Below are positions 62,739 to 64,000 of a stretch of 64,000 bases of DNA, in pieces. Each line of letters opens with the position of its first letter. Position 1 is the stretch's first letter. This DNA is from Marsupella aquatica. Its lineage: Eukaryota; Plantae; Marchantiophyta. The stretch is from NCBI GenBank assembly GCA_973895155.1, contig OZ316895.1, positions 4,777,181-4,841,180 on the forward strand, read 5' to 3'. The notes below the pieces were generated by a model. The model did not search any database, was not told the DNA's origin, and saw only the letters and a program-made list of their open reading frames with translations. Position numbers and translations under genes: made by a program.

Positions 62739-63985
62739 TCAGTATAACCTGCCCCTTCGATGCCACAAGTGGTCGATTAAATCATTTCTCAAGCGGAAAT
62801 GGTTTTCTTTTTTGTGAATTTCCCTATTGGCCTCAAGGAATTCAAGCCAGGGCATAAACCCTCGTCTCACATTTGGTGGCCTCACCCTCAGATATGGAGT
62901 AAACTCTTCACCTCTTTCATCCTCCAATATCATATTGTGGAGGACCACACATGCCATGAGAATGTGAGTCAAGTTTGACTCATACCAAGATCTTGCAGGC
63001 CTCTTGATAATTTCAAACCTGGCTTGGAGCACACCAATTGCCCTCTCAACATCTTTCCTGGCACCTTCTTGGCATCTGGCAAAGTGACTAAACTTTTCAT
63101 TATGTGGAGAATGAATAGTGGAAATGAATATTGACCACTCTGGATAGATGCCATCCACTAGAAGATATGCTCTATTATACTCAACACCATTCACATGGAT
63201 AACCATTCATTCAAAAGAGGGGATCTATCAAGCACATTCAAGTCATTGTTGCCCCCTGCCAAACCCCAGAATGCATGCCAGATCCAAAGTTCCTGATCTA
63301 CAATTGCCTCCAGTATGATAGACTTGGTCTTATCCTTGGCACTGTGTTGCCCCTGCCAAGCAACTGGGCAATTTTTCCATTGCCAGTGCATGCAATCCAA
63401 GGATCCAAACATTTTTGGAAATCCCCTCTCTTGAGTAATTTCCAAATGACTCTGAAAATCTTGAGTGTTTGGCTTTCTCAAGTACCTGGCTTCATAGATT
63501 TCCCTAATGGCTTTTGTAAATCGATACAAAGACTCCAAGGCTGTGCTCTCTCCGATTCTGCAATATTCATCCATGGCATCTGCCCCTATACCATAAGCTA
63601 GTTGTCGTAGAGCTGCCGTTAATTTCTGGTGTGGAGACACACCTGGTTTTCTTGCTGCATCAAACTTCAAACAGAAATAATCATCATGTTCACACACTGC
63701 AAGAAGGATTTTGTTGAATAATCTACTGCTCATTTGAAACCTTCTTCGAAATTTGAGTTCTCCATATGTAGGATTATCAGAGAAATAATTGTTCCACAAA
63801 TCCTGTGCACCCTTCTCTCTATTCTGGTTGACATTCATGCTTCTGCCTGGCCTTGACCCTCCATGTTTTCTTATCGTTGGAGGTGCCAGAATATGCTGGA
63901 TGGACAACGGTCCACTATACATCATCATCCCCCAAAATCGATCCTCCTCATCCCAATCGTCTTCATCATCTTCCACCATGTTCAA
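62739..63985 (-). pseudogene. Pong-type DDE transposase (Plant_tran/HARBI1-like) broken by a frameshifting deletion
   Basis: FRRRFQMS, KLTAALRQLAYG, GFPKMFGSLDCMHWQWKNCP, ILEAIVDQELWIWHAFWG..G.NNDLNVLDRSP, LLVDGIYP, QEGARKDVERAIGVLQARF, ACVVLHNMILEDE, LRNDLIDHLW. Frameshift at ~63195-63205; the 5' end probably lies beyond the window. Confidence 0.92.
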
Positions 63986-64000
63986 GAAATCCTCCCTCCA

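Larger units (their letters stand above)
60072..64000. mobile_element. Pong-like PIF/Harbinger DNA transposon, decayed, continuing beyond the window
   Basis: TAA (60069-60071) precedes the TIR-like GAGCATCTCCAGCGG at 60072. The element holds a Myb/SANT-like ORF1 (+) and a DDE transposase (-) in convergent orientation. The right TIR is not in the window. Confidence 0.88.

Overview
Eukaryotic land-plant nuclear DNA with GT-AG introns and plant gene families; the gene style suggests a bryophyte or liverwort, which is inference. Four conserved intron-rich genes were reconstructed exon by exon: a RAD16-like SNF2/RING helicase (+, 9268-15727), a pheophytinase-like alpha/beta hydrolase (-, 24377-28069), a mitochondrial adrenodoxin-type ferredoxin (+, 49196-51816) and a SnoaL+SOUL heme-binding protein (-, 53652-57813). 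Between ~29.7 and 45 kb is a run of single-exon genes: an F-box/kelch protein, a frameshifted gene resembling an uncharacterised filamentous-fungal family (HGT candidate), an intronless rhomboid protease, a WAK-like kinase with a tiny or disrupted ectodomain, and a 69-aa protein with a conserved-looking C-terminal motif. Mobile DNA comprises two Copia-type solo LTRs with perfect 5-bp TSDs, a decayed Pong-like PIF/Harbinger element that runs off the right end and may carry a third ORF, a dispersed repeat pair and several tandem arrays. The most unusual observations are the fungal-like gene, four local duplications in the RAD16 gene (including a possible new cassette exon and a peptide-conserved copy of the last exon after the stop codon), the small protein and the extra ORF in the Pong element. 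No database searches were run; family assignments come from motif recognition.
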